Shown piece after piece: positions 1 through 9,336 of a stretch of DNA of 64,000 bases. How positions within the stretch are numbered: the first letter of the stretch is position 1; every line of letters starts with the position of its first letter. The stretch is taken from positions 5,557-69,556 of IMG/VR virus record IMGVR_UViG_3300011805_000010. One strand, given 5' to 3'. Made by a program: the position numbers and the translations under genes. Below the pieces are notes generated by a model, which was given only the letters and a program-made list of their open reading frames with translations, was not told the DNA's origin and did no database searches. This DNA is from a virus. Its lineage: Duplodnaviria; Caudoviricetes.

Positions 1-125
1 AATTAATTAATAACATTTGTTCAAGAAAGAGTTCTACCAGCCCTCTGGAGGACAACAAAAGATAGCAGCTACCACTGTCATCTTCTGTTGACCTCTTTTT
101 ATTTTAACCAAAGGAGTGATGAATA

Positions 126-566
126 GTGGATATATTAAAAAATATTGATGGAAAGGCTACGCAAAAAGCCATTGAAAAGGTTTTACGTCAATATCGAACA
201 TATCAACTAACAACATCTGAGGATTTGTTGCCATCGGTTACATCGAATTATACGTTAAACATGCCATCTTACAGTGGATGATTCAATTCAAAAGTTGAAA
301 ACGCGGCAATACGAAATGTAGAGTATTACAAGCAAGTGAAAGCCTTTTTTGAAAGATTTAATCGTGCATATTATAAACTGACGCAAAAAGAGCGACAGAT
401 TATTGTTATGGCTTTTTTAGAGGAAACACCATTGTATAATTATCAGATTTCAAGAAAGCTTCATATTAGTGAGTGAACGTTTTATCGTATTAAGGCACAA
501 GCATTGTATAAATTGGCTTTAGCATTGCGAGTGGAGGTATATGAGGGGAATGAGGTGAATAGTTAA
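126..566 (+). pseudogene. ArpU-family late transcriptional activator, two in-frame TGA stops (279-281, 474-476)
   Basis: AAGGAG RBS then GTG126; conceptual translation VDILKNIDGKATQKAIEKVLRQYR...KLTQKERQII...RIKAQALYKLALAL matches ArpU family; stop overlaps next ATG. Confidence 0.85.
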
Positions 567-1129
567 TGAATTTTGTCCAGCAAATACGTGATATTGAAAA
601 AGTACGGGAAGTTAGGGCATATTTAGCTAATAAAAATGACCGCGATGAACTGCTATTTTGCTTTGGTATTTTTAGTGGTTTACGAATCAGTGATTTATTA
701 CAGCTAAGAGTTAGAGATGTAAGAGGCAAGACTGTGTTGGTTGTTAGAGAGCAAAAAGTACAGAATACAAGGAAAACCAATAAATCGAAGCGTATTCCTA
801 TCCAGTCAGAGTTTCAACGACTAATAAAAAGGTATGTTAAAGGTCGCCAGGATGACGAGTATTTATTTAAATCTCGTCAAGGTAAAAACAAGCCTATTAC
901 TCGCGTAAGAGCGTACGATATTTTACGAGAGGCTGCATATGCAAACGAATTGTCTGAAATCGGTACTCATACGTTACGAAAAACATTTGGCTATCATATT
1001 TTTGCTGCTACAAAGGATGTGGCATTGTTACAGGATATTTTTAATCATAGTGCACCTTATATTACGTTAAAGTACATTGGGGTAAACCAAGATGCGATTG
1101 ATGATGCATATGGGAAGTTAAGATATTAA
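566..1129 (+). CDS. small tyrosine recombinase (phage integrase family, catalytic domain only)
   Basis: SGLRISDLL (R), HTLRKTFG (HxxR), FNHS (H/W) and TLKYIG (Y) motifs; typical ArpU-linked recombinase. Confidence 0.92.
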   Translation: MNFVQQIRDIEKVREVRAYLANKNDRDELLFCFGIFSGLRISDLLQLRVRDVRGKTVLVVREQKVQNTRKTNKSKRIPIQSEFQRLIKRYVKGRQDDEYLFKSRQGKNKPITRVRAYDILREAAYANELSEIGTHTLRKTFGYHIFAATKDVALLQDIFNHSAPYITLKYIGVNQDAIDDAYGKLRY

Positions 1130-1148
1130 CATAACAGAGTTATATAAA

Positions 1149-1221
1149 TCAACAAAATTTGTTGACAGAGAAAACTGTATAAGTTATTCTGAATATAGAA
1201 ACAATATAGCATGTTTCTATA
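1149..1221 (+). promoter_or_regulatory. sigmaA promoter TTGACA(1162)-17-TATTCT with two palindromic operators
   Basis: TCAACAAA-A-TTTGTTGA (1149-1165) over the -35; TATAGAAACA-N8-TGTTTCTATA (1194-1221) downstream of the -10. Confidence 0.65.
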
Positions 1222-1251
1222 AATATTATATTAGGGAGGAGGAACGGAGCT

Positions 1252-1617
1252 GTGTTAACTCAATTTGGCAAGTTTTGTAGAAAGCTAAGAATTGACAACG
1301 GTGAATTACTGAAAGATATGGCAAATAAATTGGATGTTACATCATCATATTTATCTGCTGTTGAGAATGGTAAAAGAAATGTTCCTCAAGAATGGCCTGC
1401 ACAAATAATTGATTTTTATGCTCTAAATAAAGAGCAACAAATGGAACTATCATTAGCTTTACAAGAATCGAAAAAAGAATTAAGAATTGATATTAGTAGC
1501 TATGATAATGAGGACAAGCAAGTGATGATGGCTTTGGCGAGAGAATATAAAGACTTAGATCCGGAATTTAAAGAGACTATTAAAAGCATTCTTGATTCTT
1601 TAAGGAAAGAGGAGTGA
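1252..1617 (+). CDS. XRE-family HTH transcriptional regulator
   Basis: LRIDNGELLKDMANKLDVTSSYLSAVENGKR HTH_3 signature. Confidence 0.9.
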   Translation: MLTQFGKFCRKLRIDNGELLKDMANKLDVTSSYLSAVENGKRNVPQEWPAQIIDFYALNKEQQMELSLALQESKKELRIDISSYDNEDKQVMMALAREYKDLDPEFKETIKSILDSLRKEE

Positions 1618-1641
1618 GGTCTTATATATATTGCTGATCCA

Positions 1642-2142
1642 TTGTCGAGATTGAAAATTCGGTGCATTACGGAAAAAATTCGTACAATCATGGGATTAAA
1701 CGAAGGAGATTATTTTGATGTAGTTCAGTTTCTTGAATATAAATTACATCTAATTTTTCCTGAGTTTCATCTTGAAATAGTTGAATACAGTGAAATGCCA
1801 TTTAAATACGCAGAAGCTCTTCCAGAGACTAAATGTATTCGTATTAGGGAAGATGTTTATGATGGAGCAGTTGAAGGGAACGCAAGGGATCGATTTACGC
1901 TTGCCCATGAGATAGGACATTTATGGCTACATAGACCAGGTAAAATACGATTAGCTCGTAGTCATAATAAAGAAAATATTCCACCATATAAATGTCCGGA
2001 ATGGCAAGCTAATACCTTTGCAGGTGAGCTACTAGTTCCTCCAGAAGGAACAGTGGGATTAACACCCTCAATGGTTGCAGAAAATTTTGGCGTTTCATTT
2101 CAAGCAGCAATGATACAAATGAATCAAGTGGAAGGAGCATAA
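1642..2142 (+). CDS. ImmA/IrrE-family zinc metallopeptidase
   Basis: RDRFTLAHEIGH (HExxH) and EWQANTFAGELL. Confidence 0.9.
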   Translation: MSRLKIRCITEKIRTIMGLNEGDYFDVVQFLEYKLHLIFPEFHLEIVEYSEMPFKYAEALPETKCIRIREDVYDGAVEGNARDRFTLAHEIGHLWLHRPGKIRLARSHNKENIPPYKCPEWQANTFAGELLVPPEGTVGLTPSMVAENFGVSFQAAMIQMNQVEGA

Positions 2143-2156
2143 TAACATGCAGACAC

Positions 2157-2182
2157 AAAAAAAAGGTCCTTGCAAAGGACCT
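2157..2182 (-). terminator. intrinsic terminator for a minus-strand transcript
   Basis: AGGTCCTT-GCA-AAGGACCT hairpin preceded by A8 (U8 on the minus strand). Confidence 0.65.
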
Positions 2183-2240
2183 ACATAGCTACAGATGTAG
2201 TAGTGACTACCGCTGCATTAAAGTTAAACCTAGGAAATTT
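2157..2240 (-). ncRNA. candidate ~85-nt antisense RNA
   Basis: minus-strand TTGCAA(2276-2271)-18-TGa-TACATT(2252-2247) promoter pointing at the terminator above. Confidence 0.45.
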
Positions 2241-2302
2241 ATCTTTAATGTATCACTTTTATGGGTTCTTTGCAATAAATAAATTGCAAAGGAAGCGATA
2301 GT

Positions 2303-2464
2303 ATGGAAAATAATCATAAGTTAATTTGGTCTGAGCATTACCAGTGTTACGGTATTTTTAGAGCGTGGAGAAAACATCCTAAAACCCAGCAAATTTTGTG
2401 GGCAAAGAATTATAAGAAGAAAGCATGGTTTATACCACTTTCTGAATTACAAGCAGAAGAGTAA
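2303..2464 (+). CDS. 53-aa basic/aromatic small protein, not in ORF track (MENNHKLIWSEHYQCYGIFRAWRKHPKTQQILWAKNYKKKAWFIPLSELQAEE)
   Basis: AAAGGAAG RBS and ATG2303; open frame to TAA2464. Confidence 0.7.
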   Translation: MENNHKLIWSEHYQCYGIFRAWRKHPKTQQILWAKNYKKKAWFIPLSELQAEE

Positions 2465-2541
2465 GTAATAGCATGTAATTCTAGGAGCCAGCGGTAGGGC
2501 TTCTATCTATAATTATATTTATATTTTAGGAGGTATTCTTT

Positions 2542-2976
2542 ATGATAATTGCAACATATCGTAATCAACCAATAAAAACTATATTTTCTGTATTGGTAGT
2601 AATTTTAGGACTCTTTACGCTAGTTAAGTATCAAGAGTTAGAGATAACTACAATTGAAAGTGTAATAAATTTAATTTTTAATGAAGGAATGACTGCAGAG
2701 GTATATAAAACTTTAGCCTTTAATTTAGCTTCTTTATTGGCACTTTTATTTATTGCACTGCTTTGGGTAAAATCTGCAATTAAACCTGATTGGTATTGCG
2801 AAGACATATTGGGTGTAAACAGATGGATAAATGTTATTACAGCAATATTGCTAGTAGCATTTTCTGTAGTTTTCATTGTCTATTTATTTCAGAAATTAAC
2901 AGGTTTTATCATATTAGCATTCTTACTATTGATTTTTATTATAGGAGATACTGATTCTAAAAAAAATAGATACTAA
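2542..2976 (+). CDS. membrane protein, about 4 TM segments
   Basis: AGGAGG RBS; four hydrophobic stretches. Confidence 0.75.
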   Translation: MIIATYRNQPIKTIFSVLVVILGLFTLVKYQELEITTIESVINLIFNEGMTAEVYKTLAFNLASLLALLFIALLWVKSAIKPDWYCEDILGVNRWINVITAILLVAFSVVFIVYLFQKLTGFIILAFLLLIFIIGDTDSKKNRY

Positions 2977-3293
2977 TTATTTCAAATTTGCGATTAGCTA
3001 AATGCTAGTCGCTTTTTATTTTGCGAATTTTAGGAAATGGAGCAAGTTCTGAAATTGTTTAACACTTTCACATACTAAAGACATTTACAAAATAAGGACA
3101 TGTAAAGCTCGTAATTTGAATGTGGTGTAAAGTATTGAGAAATTTAGCTTTTCAACACTTTCTGCACCTTAACAGAATATAAGATATGTTAATGTGAAAT
3201 CTATATTCTAATTTCTTCTTCTTATTCAATATCCAAATTTTCACTGGTAGTTTATAATTAAATATAATATATAAAATTTGGAGGTTAGCATTA

Positions 3294-5705
3294 ATGAAAG
3301 AGATTGAGTATTCAAAAATATATAATAAACTATTAGAATTATCAGAGGGTGATTCTGATGTAAAGTTACTAGTTACTATAGTAGAAAATGGAGTTAAATA
3401 CGCCATTAATAGAACAAAAATCATTATTAGATACATGGATGAATATACATTACATGATGAAACACATTTACATAGAGTACTTACTTTAATGGAAAAATTA
3501 ATTCCTGAATCTACATTAAATAATTTAAAACCTTTAGAGTTGAGTTTATTAATATTAAGTGCTTTTTTTCATGATTTAGGTATGGCTCCAAGGGAAAAAG
3601 AAATTAAAATATATAAAGGATTAATTTCCAAGGAGGAAAAACTTAGTAAAGAAGAAGAGAAAATATTGGAAGATTTTAATGTTTATTGTGAAGCTAAAGT
3701 ATCCCTAAAACAAAGAATAGAACGTGCTTATAAAAAAGAAGATAATGGATTGGCAAGAGTATTGGAAAATCATAGAATAACAGAGTATATAAGGATTAAT
3801 CACGCAATAAAAGTTAAGGACATTATTCAAGAAATAGAAAATGAAGAAAAATGGGCAATGGGATTAAGGTATAAAAACTTTAGTTTTGGAAGATACTTAT
3901 CAAAAATATGTGAAAGTCATAATGAAAATATATTAGAAGTAAATAATCCATTAATAAGTACTTCAATCCCAGTAGCTTCAGATGAGTATTTAAATTCTAC
4001 TTTTATAGCAGTAGTACTACGATTGGCTGATATTTTGGATTTTGATGCAGAAAGAACTCCGGATGTTTTATATAATCACCTTGATATACGAAATCCTATA
4101 AGTATGCAGGAGTGGCAAAAACATCGTTCTATTCAATCTTGGTCTTTCAGTAGTGAAAGAATAATGTTTGCAGCTGAATGCGAACACCCTGCAATTGAAA
4201 AAACTATTAAAGATTTTTGTAATTATATTGAGGAAGAACTCTATACATGTAAAATTGTTTTAAATAATATGTCCGATAGGCAAAGAGAAAATCTAAAAAA
4301 AATATATGAAATGCCTCTACCATATGAAGTAGATACAATGGAAGTTAGAGCAAAAGTAGACTATGATGGTAATCCTATATATATATATAAAGATTTGAGT
4401 TTTAATTTAGATCAGAATGAGATTATTAAACTATTAATGGGTACCAGTTTATATGGAAACAGCCATGTAGCTTTTAGAGAATTACTTCAAAATTCAATAG
4501 ATGCTTGTAGATTTAGAAAGATTTGTAGTGTTGAATGGGGAGATACAGGGTATAAGCCTATAATAAAAATAAAAACATACCAAGATCAAGGGGAATATTA
4601 TTTTGAAATAACAGATAATGGAATAGGTATGAATGAAGATATTATACTTAATTATTTCTCGAGTGTTGGGAAGTCTTACTACAAATCTGAGGAATTTCTA
4701 AAATTTAAGAACAGTTTTAAAAGTAATTTCAATCCAATATCTAATTTTGGTATTGGATTCTTATCTTGTTTTATGGTTGCTGATCAAATTAAAGTACAAA
4801 CAACTAAAATTATTGATAGATATAAAAGTTCACAGGCTTTAGATATAACTATAGATGGTTTGTCTGGTTTATTTTATTTTAATAGAGGTACTAGTAATGA
4901 AATTGGGACTAAAGTGTTGTTAAAATTAAAAAAAGAACATAATATAGTCAAAAATCAAAGTGAATTAAAGGATTATATTGAAAATTTAATAAGTTTTTCC
5001 GGTGATATAGAGCTATATTTTAATGCGGATTTAATAGATACTTCCAAGAGACAATTAATACAAAACTATGATTGGAATATAAAATCTTCTATTGAATTTT
5101 ATTCTTTAAATATATGCGATTTGGGTATTTCTGGGGAAATGAAGGTAGCATTAATTGAGGAGAACAATCTTTTTCATGATAAAATAAATATTGATTCTAA
5201 TGATGTTGAAGGTATTGAGTTAAATGAATTTATAACTATTAGTAATAATCAAATACAAAGAGAAGCTGATTCTATTAGTGTTAATGGCGATTTTAGTACA
5301 GGATATTCATCATATATTAAAACAGAGGAAAAATTTTATTTAAAAGGAATTTTAGTAGAAGATACAATATTTAAAATTCCAGATTTTTGGAACAGAAACT
5401 TTAACGATGCAAATAAAATAGAATGGCCATTCCCAGTAAATTGCATATTAAATTTAGATGGTAAATATAATTTAAATTTAAACGCAGCCAGAGATAAAAT
5501 AATTTTGGATGAAGAATGGGATATATTTAAATCATCATTAACTCAAGTTGTTTTGCAAAACTTAATAAAGCAATTTGATGATGTAAATAAGGTATTATCC
5601 TTTAAAAATGTATATAAGGGATCAAGTAAGAATGATGATTATAACATAATATTAGAAAATGTAGTGAATAATAGACTCAAAGAATTAGAGTTGGAATTAA
5701 AGTAA
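3294..5705 (+). CDS. HD-domain (HD-CE-like) plus Hsp90-like GHKL ATPase fusion protein
   Basis: TLHDETH...AFFHDLGM...RLADILDF HD motifs; RELLQNSIDA, DNGIGM and FGIGFLSCF GHKL motifs. Confidence 0.8.
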   Translation: MKEIEYSKIYNKLLELSEGDSDVKLLVTIVENGVKYAINRTKIIIRYMDEYTLHDETHLHRVLTLMEKLIPESTLNNLKPLELSLLILSAFFHDLGMAPREKEIKIYKGLISKEEKLSKEEEKILEDFNVYCEAKVSLKQRIERAYKKEDNGLARVLENHRITEYIRINHAIKVKDIIQEIENEEKWAMGLRYKNFSFGRYLSKICESHNENILEVNNPLISTSIPVASDEYLNSTFIAVVLRLADILDFDAERTPDVLYNHLDIRNPISMQEWQKHRSIQSWSFSSERIMFAAECEHPAIEKTIKDFCNYIEEELYTCKIVLNNMSDRQRENLKKIYEMPLPYEVDTMEVRAKVDYDGNPIYIYKDLSFNLDQNEIIKLLMGTSLYGNSHVAFRELLQNSIDACRFRKICSVEWGDTGYKPIIKIKTYQDQGEYYFEITDNGIGMNEDIILNYFSSVGKSYYKSEEFLKFKNSFKSNFNPISNFGIGFLSCFMVADQIKVQTTKIIDRYKSSQALDITIDGLSGLFYFNRGTSNEIGTKVLLKLKKEHNIVKNQSELKDYIENLISFSGDIELYFNADLIDTSKRQLIQNYDWNIKSSIEFYSLNICDLGISGEMKVALIEENNLFHDKINIDSNDVEGIELNEFITISNNQIQREADSISVNGDFSTGYSSYIKTEEKFYLKGILVEDTIFKIPDFWNRNFNDANKIEWPFPVNCILNLDGKYNLNLNAARDKIILDEEWDIFKSSLTQVVLQNLIKQFDDVNKVLSFKNVYKGSSKNDDYNIILENVVNNRLKELELELK

Positions 5706-5768
5706 TGTTTAATATCTATACAATTATTAATTATTTTTTAGTGAATTTTTATAGTTAAGAATTATTAA

Positions 5769-5807
5769 TGGCAGACTTTTGGCAGTAATTTGGCAGAATG
5801 TTGGCAC
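5769..5807 (+). promoter_or_regulatory. four TGGCA(G/C) direct repeats at 11-bp period, probable ArpU/RinA activator site of the late promoter
   Basis: copies at 5769, 5780, 5791 and 5802, just upstream of terS. Confidence 0.65.
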
Positions 5808-5869
5808 ACTCTTTCAAAATGAACATGCTATTATGGTAGTATGCGATATTTATAAAACAACATAACGAT

Positions 5870-5903
5870 AGGCGATGCAGCACATGCTGCGTCGTCTTTT
5901 TTT
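5870..5903 (+). terminator. intrinsic terminator in the late leader
   Basis: AGGCGATGCAGC-ACAT-GCTGCGTCGTCT followed by a T-tract. Confidence 0.7.
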
Positions 5904-6025
5904 GTCTTAGGATCTTCTACCGAAGAACGCCAGCCTTCGGGTCTCCGAGGCCCGAAAAAGGACTAGATAAAGTGTGAAAAAAGGTGTTCCTTCCATCCGG
6001 TAAATCAAGTGAGGTGAGTGCATGT

Positions 6026-6595
6026 GTGACAGCGAAAACGAAATTGGATGATCGAACGATTGTCAATACGAAAACGATTGCCAAAATGTTTAATATGACA
6101 GAAAGGAATGTTCGTTATTTAGTCGAAGAAGGTGTGATTGCACGTGTTGCTCATGGCCGCTATGATCTGATCGATACCGTCAGTCGCTACATTACTTTTT
6201 TGAAAATGTCCTTTGAAGGCATTGATGAGAACAAGGTGATGGAGTCTTTAGATTATGAGAAACGGCTGCATGAAAAGGCGAACCGGGAGAAGGCAGAAAT
6301 TGAGTTGGCGCATCTAAAACGAGAAATGCATAAGGCGGATGAGGTAGAGAAAATTCAAAATCATATGGTCATGGCGTTTCGTTCAAAGATGTTGTCGCTG
6401 CCCTCAAAATCAGGGTTACTTTTAGCGAGTAAGGATGACCCGAAGATGATTGAAGCATTACTGGAAAGAGATATTCATGAAGCATTAGCAGAGCTTGCTG
6501 AGTATGATGCGGCACATTATTTCACAGAAGATAAAGTTGAATTAGAATTGGAAGGTGATGAAGTTGGTCCAAAAACAGACAATGAGTCTATATAA
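6026..6595 (+). CDS. terS: terminase small subunit-like protein (Nu1-type HTH)
   Basis: GAGGTGA RBS and GTG6026; N-terminal HTH IAKMFNMTERNVRYL; overlaps the terL start. Confidence 0.7.
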   Translation: MTAKTKLDDRTIVNTKTIAKMFNMTERNVRYLVEEGVIARVAHGRYDLIDTVSRYITFLKMSFEGIDENKVMESLDYEKRLHEKANREKAEIELAHLKREMHKADEVEKIQNHMVMAFRSKMLSLPSKSGLLLASKDDPKMIEALLERDIHEALAELAEYDAAHYFTEDKVELELEGDEVGPKTDNESI

Positions 6596-6830
6596 AGGAA
6601 TTGCTAGCTTAGTAGTACCTCCTCCAAAGCTTACGGTATCGCAGTGGGCGGATAAGCATCGTGTATTATCCAAGGAATCGTCAGCTGAGCATGGGCGATG
6701 GAATACGGAGCGTGCGCCATATCAAAGAGAGATTATGGAAGCAGTCAATGATCTTGAAGTTCATCTTAATGTCGAAAAAATTAAAAAAAGTGGTCTTATG
6801 AAAAATAATCTGTTTTTAATAGTTATATAA
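6555..6830 (+). pseudogene. terL: lambda gpA-type terminase large subunit, 5' fragment only
   Basis: PPPKLTVSQWADKHRVLS...GRWNTERAPYQREIM is the gpA N-terminus; similarity ends after ~70 aa. Confidence 0.85.
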
Positions 6831-7002
6831 CATTCATTGGATAAGTCTCTTAGTTTCGGTATGTCATTTTTGTGAAACTGAAAATGGAGATTTAATATAG
6901 AAATCATGTGATAAATCTTGTATAAATAAAAGAGTTTAGAATTTCGGATACACCTTATGATTAGTTGTATCTATATGACAACATGATAAGGGGGCATCTT
7001 AA

Positions 7003-7629
7003 ATGGCAATAAATAATGGGAATACAGATTTTGGTTTAAGAGTCTCAAAAACAGGAATCAAAAGTTTAAGAATTTCTTGGAATAAAAGGGGTGGTATAGG
7101 TTACAATGGATCAATTCAAGTACAGCGGCCTGGAGATGGAAAAATCATTTTCACAAAAAATTATAGCCAATCAACTTCAAGAGACTCTTTTACGGTAGAA
7201 ACGCCTTTTTTCGGAGAGTACAAAGTTCATATAAAGTCAAATAACGGTTATACGTATGATATAGCTTATACAAAAGTGCATTTATCAAGAACAACATCTA
7301 CAACATATACGTTTACATCGCGTGATGTATTGAATTGGAAGGTAGGTGCAATATTTACAATAGGAACTTTTGCCGCACTGGGCTTAGTAAGTTTTGTAGC
7401 TGTAAGTGTTATATCTACAGTAATTACAGTTGGTGCATCAATTAGAGAGGTTTGGGTATATGATACTCAATACGAACCATTTCCAACCCCTAGGGCTGGC
7501 GATAATATAACTACTAAAATTGAACCAGTAGCTGAGGGAGTGAAGACAACAATGTCGTACAAAGCTAAAAATGGTGCGGTATATCCTGACAAGGTTGTAA
7601 TAGCAAAATACTTGTCATATCCTCGATAA
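7003..7629 (+). CDS. hypothetical protein, beta-rich with one internal hydrophobic segment
   Basis: AAGGGGG RBS; 208 aa; hydrophobic VGAIFTIGTFAALGLVSFVAVSVI. Confidence 0.7.
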   Translation: MAINNGNTDFGLRVSKTGIKSLRISWNKRGGIGYNGSIQVQRPGDGKIIFTKNYSQSTSRDSFTVETPFFGEYKVHIKSNNGYTYDIAYTKVHLSRTTSTTYTFTSRDVLNWKVGAIFTIGTFAALGLVSFVAVSVISTVITVGASIREVWVYDTQYEPFPTPRAGDNITTKIEPVAEGVKTTMSYKAKNGAVYPDKVVIAKYLSYPR

Positions 7630-7670
7630 AAATCCAAAGCACATGTCTATTCATGTGCTTTGGATTTTTT
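7628..7670. terminator. bidirectional terminator, perfect 18-bp stem
   Basis: AAAAATCCAAAGCACATG-TCTATT-CATGTGCTTTGGATTTTT between convergent genes. Confidence 0.85.
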
Positions 7671-8003
7671 TATATATTTATAAAGCTGATAAAAAAACAT
7701 TATGTAACTAAAGAGCAAAATAAAAATAATCCCTAAATTTAGAATGTCAAAATTGATAAATAAAATATCTTTTATATTAAATACAAGACTGTTAATTAGC
7801 AAAAATAGAGCGAAACTTGCAATTAATTCAATAAGTTGTTTTTTTCGTTTGAAAAAGAGAGGTAATAGCAATTTTAATGAAAGGATAACTGCCAAAATAG
7901 TTAAATAGTGCGACATACCAGTATCGAATTCTACAAATATTCTATTAATACCCGTATCTATTTCCATTTCATCACCTTGTGTTCTAAATGTTTTAAGACT
8001 CAA
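7647..8003 (-). CDS. small membrane protein, about 3 TM segments
   Basis: hydrophobic stretches; stop codon lies in the terminator loop. Confidence 0.65.
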   Translation of the reverse strand: MSLKTFRTQGDEMEIDTGINRIFVEFDTGMSHYLTILAVILSLKLLLPLFFKRKKQLIELIASFALFLLINSLVFNIKDILFINFDILNLGIIFILLFSYIMFFYQLYKYIKKSKAHE

Positions 8004-8217
8004 TTCATGAAGGGCTACCTTTAATTATTATAAAAGGGTGTTTTAATTTCGTACAGTCAAAAAGGAAAATTGAAAGTAGGTTATTATTTGGGGATATTGT
8101 GAAATAAATCAGTTTTTTACTCCACTTAAAGTAACAACCTATTTGGTGATTCGCTTTTAAAATCGTTAAATTAGACAAAAAGATGAAAAGTAAAAGGGGT
8201 ATCGATTATAAAATAAG

Positions 8218-8535
8218 GTGGAATTTTCAATGAAGAATAACCGTAAACTTGATAAATTGGTAGAGGAATATTTGAAACTATATCCATATATAAATAAAGT
8301 AAAAGATGGAACTTTAACGAAAAATCAAAAAATTGTAATATGTATAGATGAATTATTAAACATAATGCCTGAAAAAGAAGTCTACTTCATAAAGCATAGA
8401 TATTTTAAGGAATGGACTATAGTAAAGATTGCTAGAAAGATGAATTATAGCCCACAAATGATATATGTCATTCGTAAAAATGCATTAAAAAAGATTTATC
8501 ACGGTATCAGCCACATACTATACGATTCAGAATAA
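8218..8535 (+). CDS. ArpU/sigma70-region-4-like HTH regulator
   Basis: IKHRYFKEWTIVKIARKMNYSPQMIYVIRKNALKKI. Confidence 0.7.
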   Translation: MEFSMKNNRKLDKLVEEYLKLYPYINKVKDGTLTKNQKIVICIDELLNIMPEKEVYFIKHRYFKEWTIVKIARKMNYSPQMIYVIRKNALKKIYHGISHILYDSE

Positions 8536-8720
8536 GATTTATATGTAGTTAAAATAATACTATTCAACTCTTGCCAGTGGAAACGTATGGGCTAAGGAGG
8601 ATTTGATATAACTATGTTATAGTTAACCAACTGGTGTGTCGGAAATTGATATAATGCAATAAACGGGTACAGACGAATAATTCTGAAACAAACAATATAT
8701 ATTTTTAGGGAGATTAGTTA

Positions 8721-9278
8721 GTGAAGTCTATTTATACAAAAGTATTTCAAATAATTATGGATGTTTGGTGTTATGATATTAAAAGTGATTATAATCATCA
8801 TTTTTTACTTAAAGAAGATACATTAAAAAACGCAATGTACTATCATATTCGAAATCGACTAGGTGATACATTCATAAAAGACAACAACTTAGCAATTTTT
8901 ACAGAATATTATATCGATACGAATCAAAAAATCGATTTAGTAGTAGTGAAAATAGATGTAGATAAAGCAAAAAATGATCATTTAGGTGATTGTGTAGAGG
9001 AAATATTAGCAATTGTAGAAATGAAGTATAAAGGACTGAATGTTTCAGAAAAACATTTTATCAATGATGTTGAAAAAGTATTAGTATTCACTAATCAGTT
9101 TAACTCAGAGGCAACGAAGTTCTTTCTAGCATTTATTAGGGAAAAATATTTCCTTGCTGATGAAGTTACTAATTTTTTATCATTTTATGAAGGTTATCCA
9201 AGTGGTAGAATAGTAGAACTTTTATCGTATGGATCTGTTGAGGAAGATGATATGGTTTGGAAAGTATTTGAATCTTGA
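8721..9278 (+). CDS. PD-(D/E)XK-fold nuclease-like protein
   Basis: E...KIDLVVV...AIVEMKY pattern. Confidence 0.55.
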   Translation: MKSIYTKVFQIIMDVWCYDIKSDYNHHFLLKEDTLKNAMYYHIRNRLGDTFIKDNNLAIFTEYYIDTNQKIDLVVVKIDVDKAKNDHLGDCVEEILAIVEMKYKGLNVSEKHFINDVEKVLVFTNQFNSEATKFFLAFIREKYFLADEVTNFLSFYEGYPSGRIVELLSYGSVEEDDMVWKVFES

Positions 9279-9336
9279 TGAAAGCCAGTATCTTAAATCA
9301 TTTTTTAGATTGATTCATTCTAATATAATGCGCTGA

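Noticed and set aside
126-566. Two in-frame TGA codons in arpU as stop-codon recoding or an alternative genetic code
   Set aside because: TGA terminates neighbouring genes (e.g. 1617, 9278), and both are single changes from GGA and CGA in a decayed element, so a pseudogene is simpler.
5909-5960. GC-rich stretch before terS as a cos site
   Set aside because: The position fits a lambda-type terminase, but no recognisable symmetric cosN can be supported from the sequence alone.
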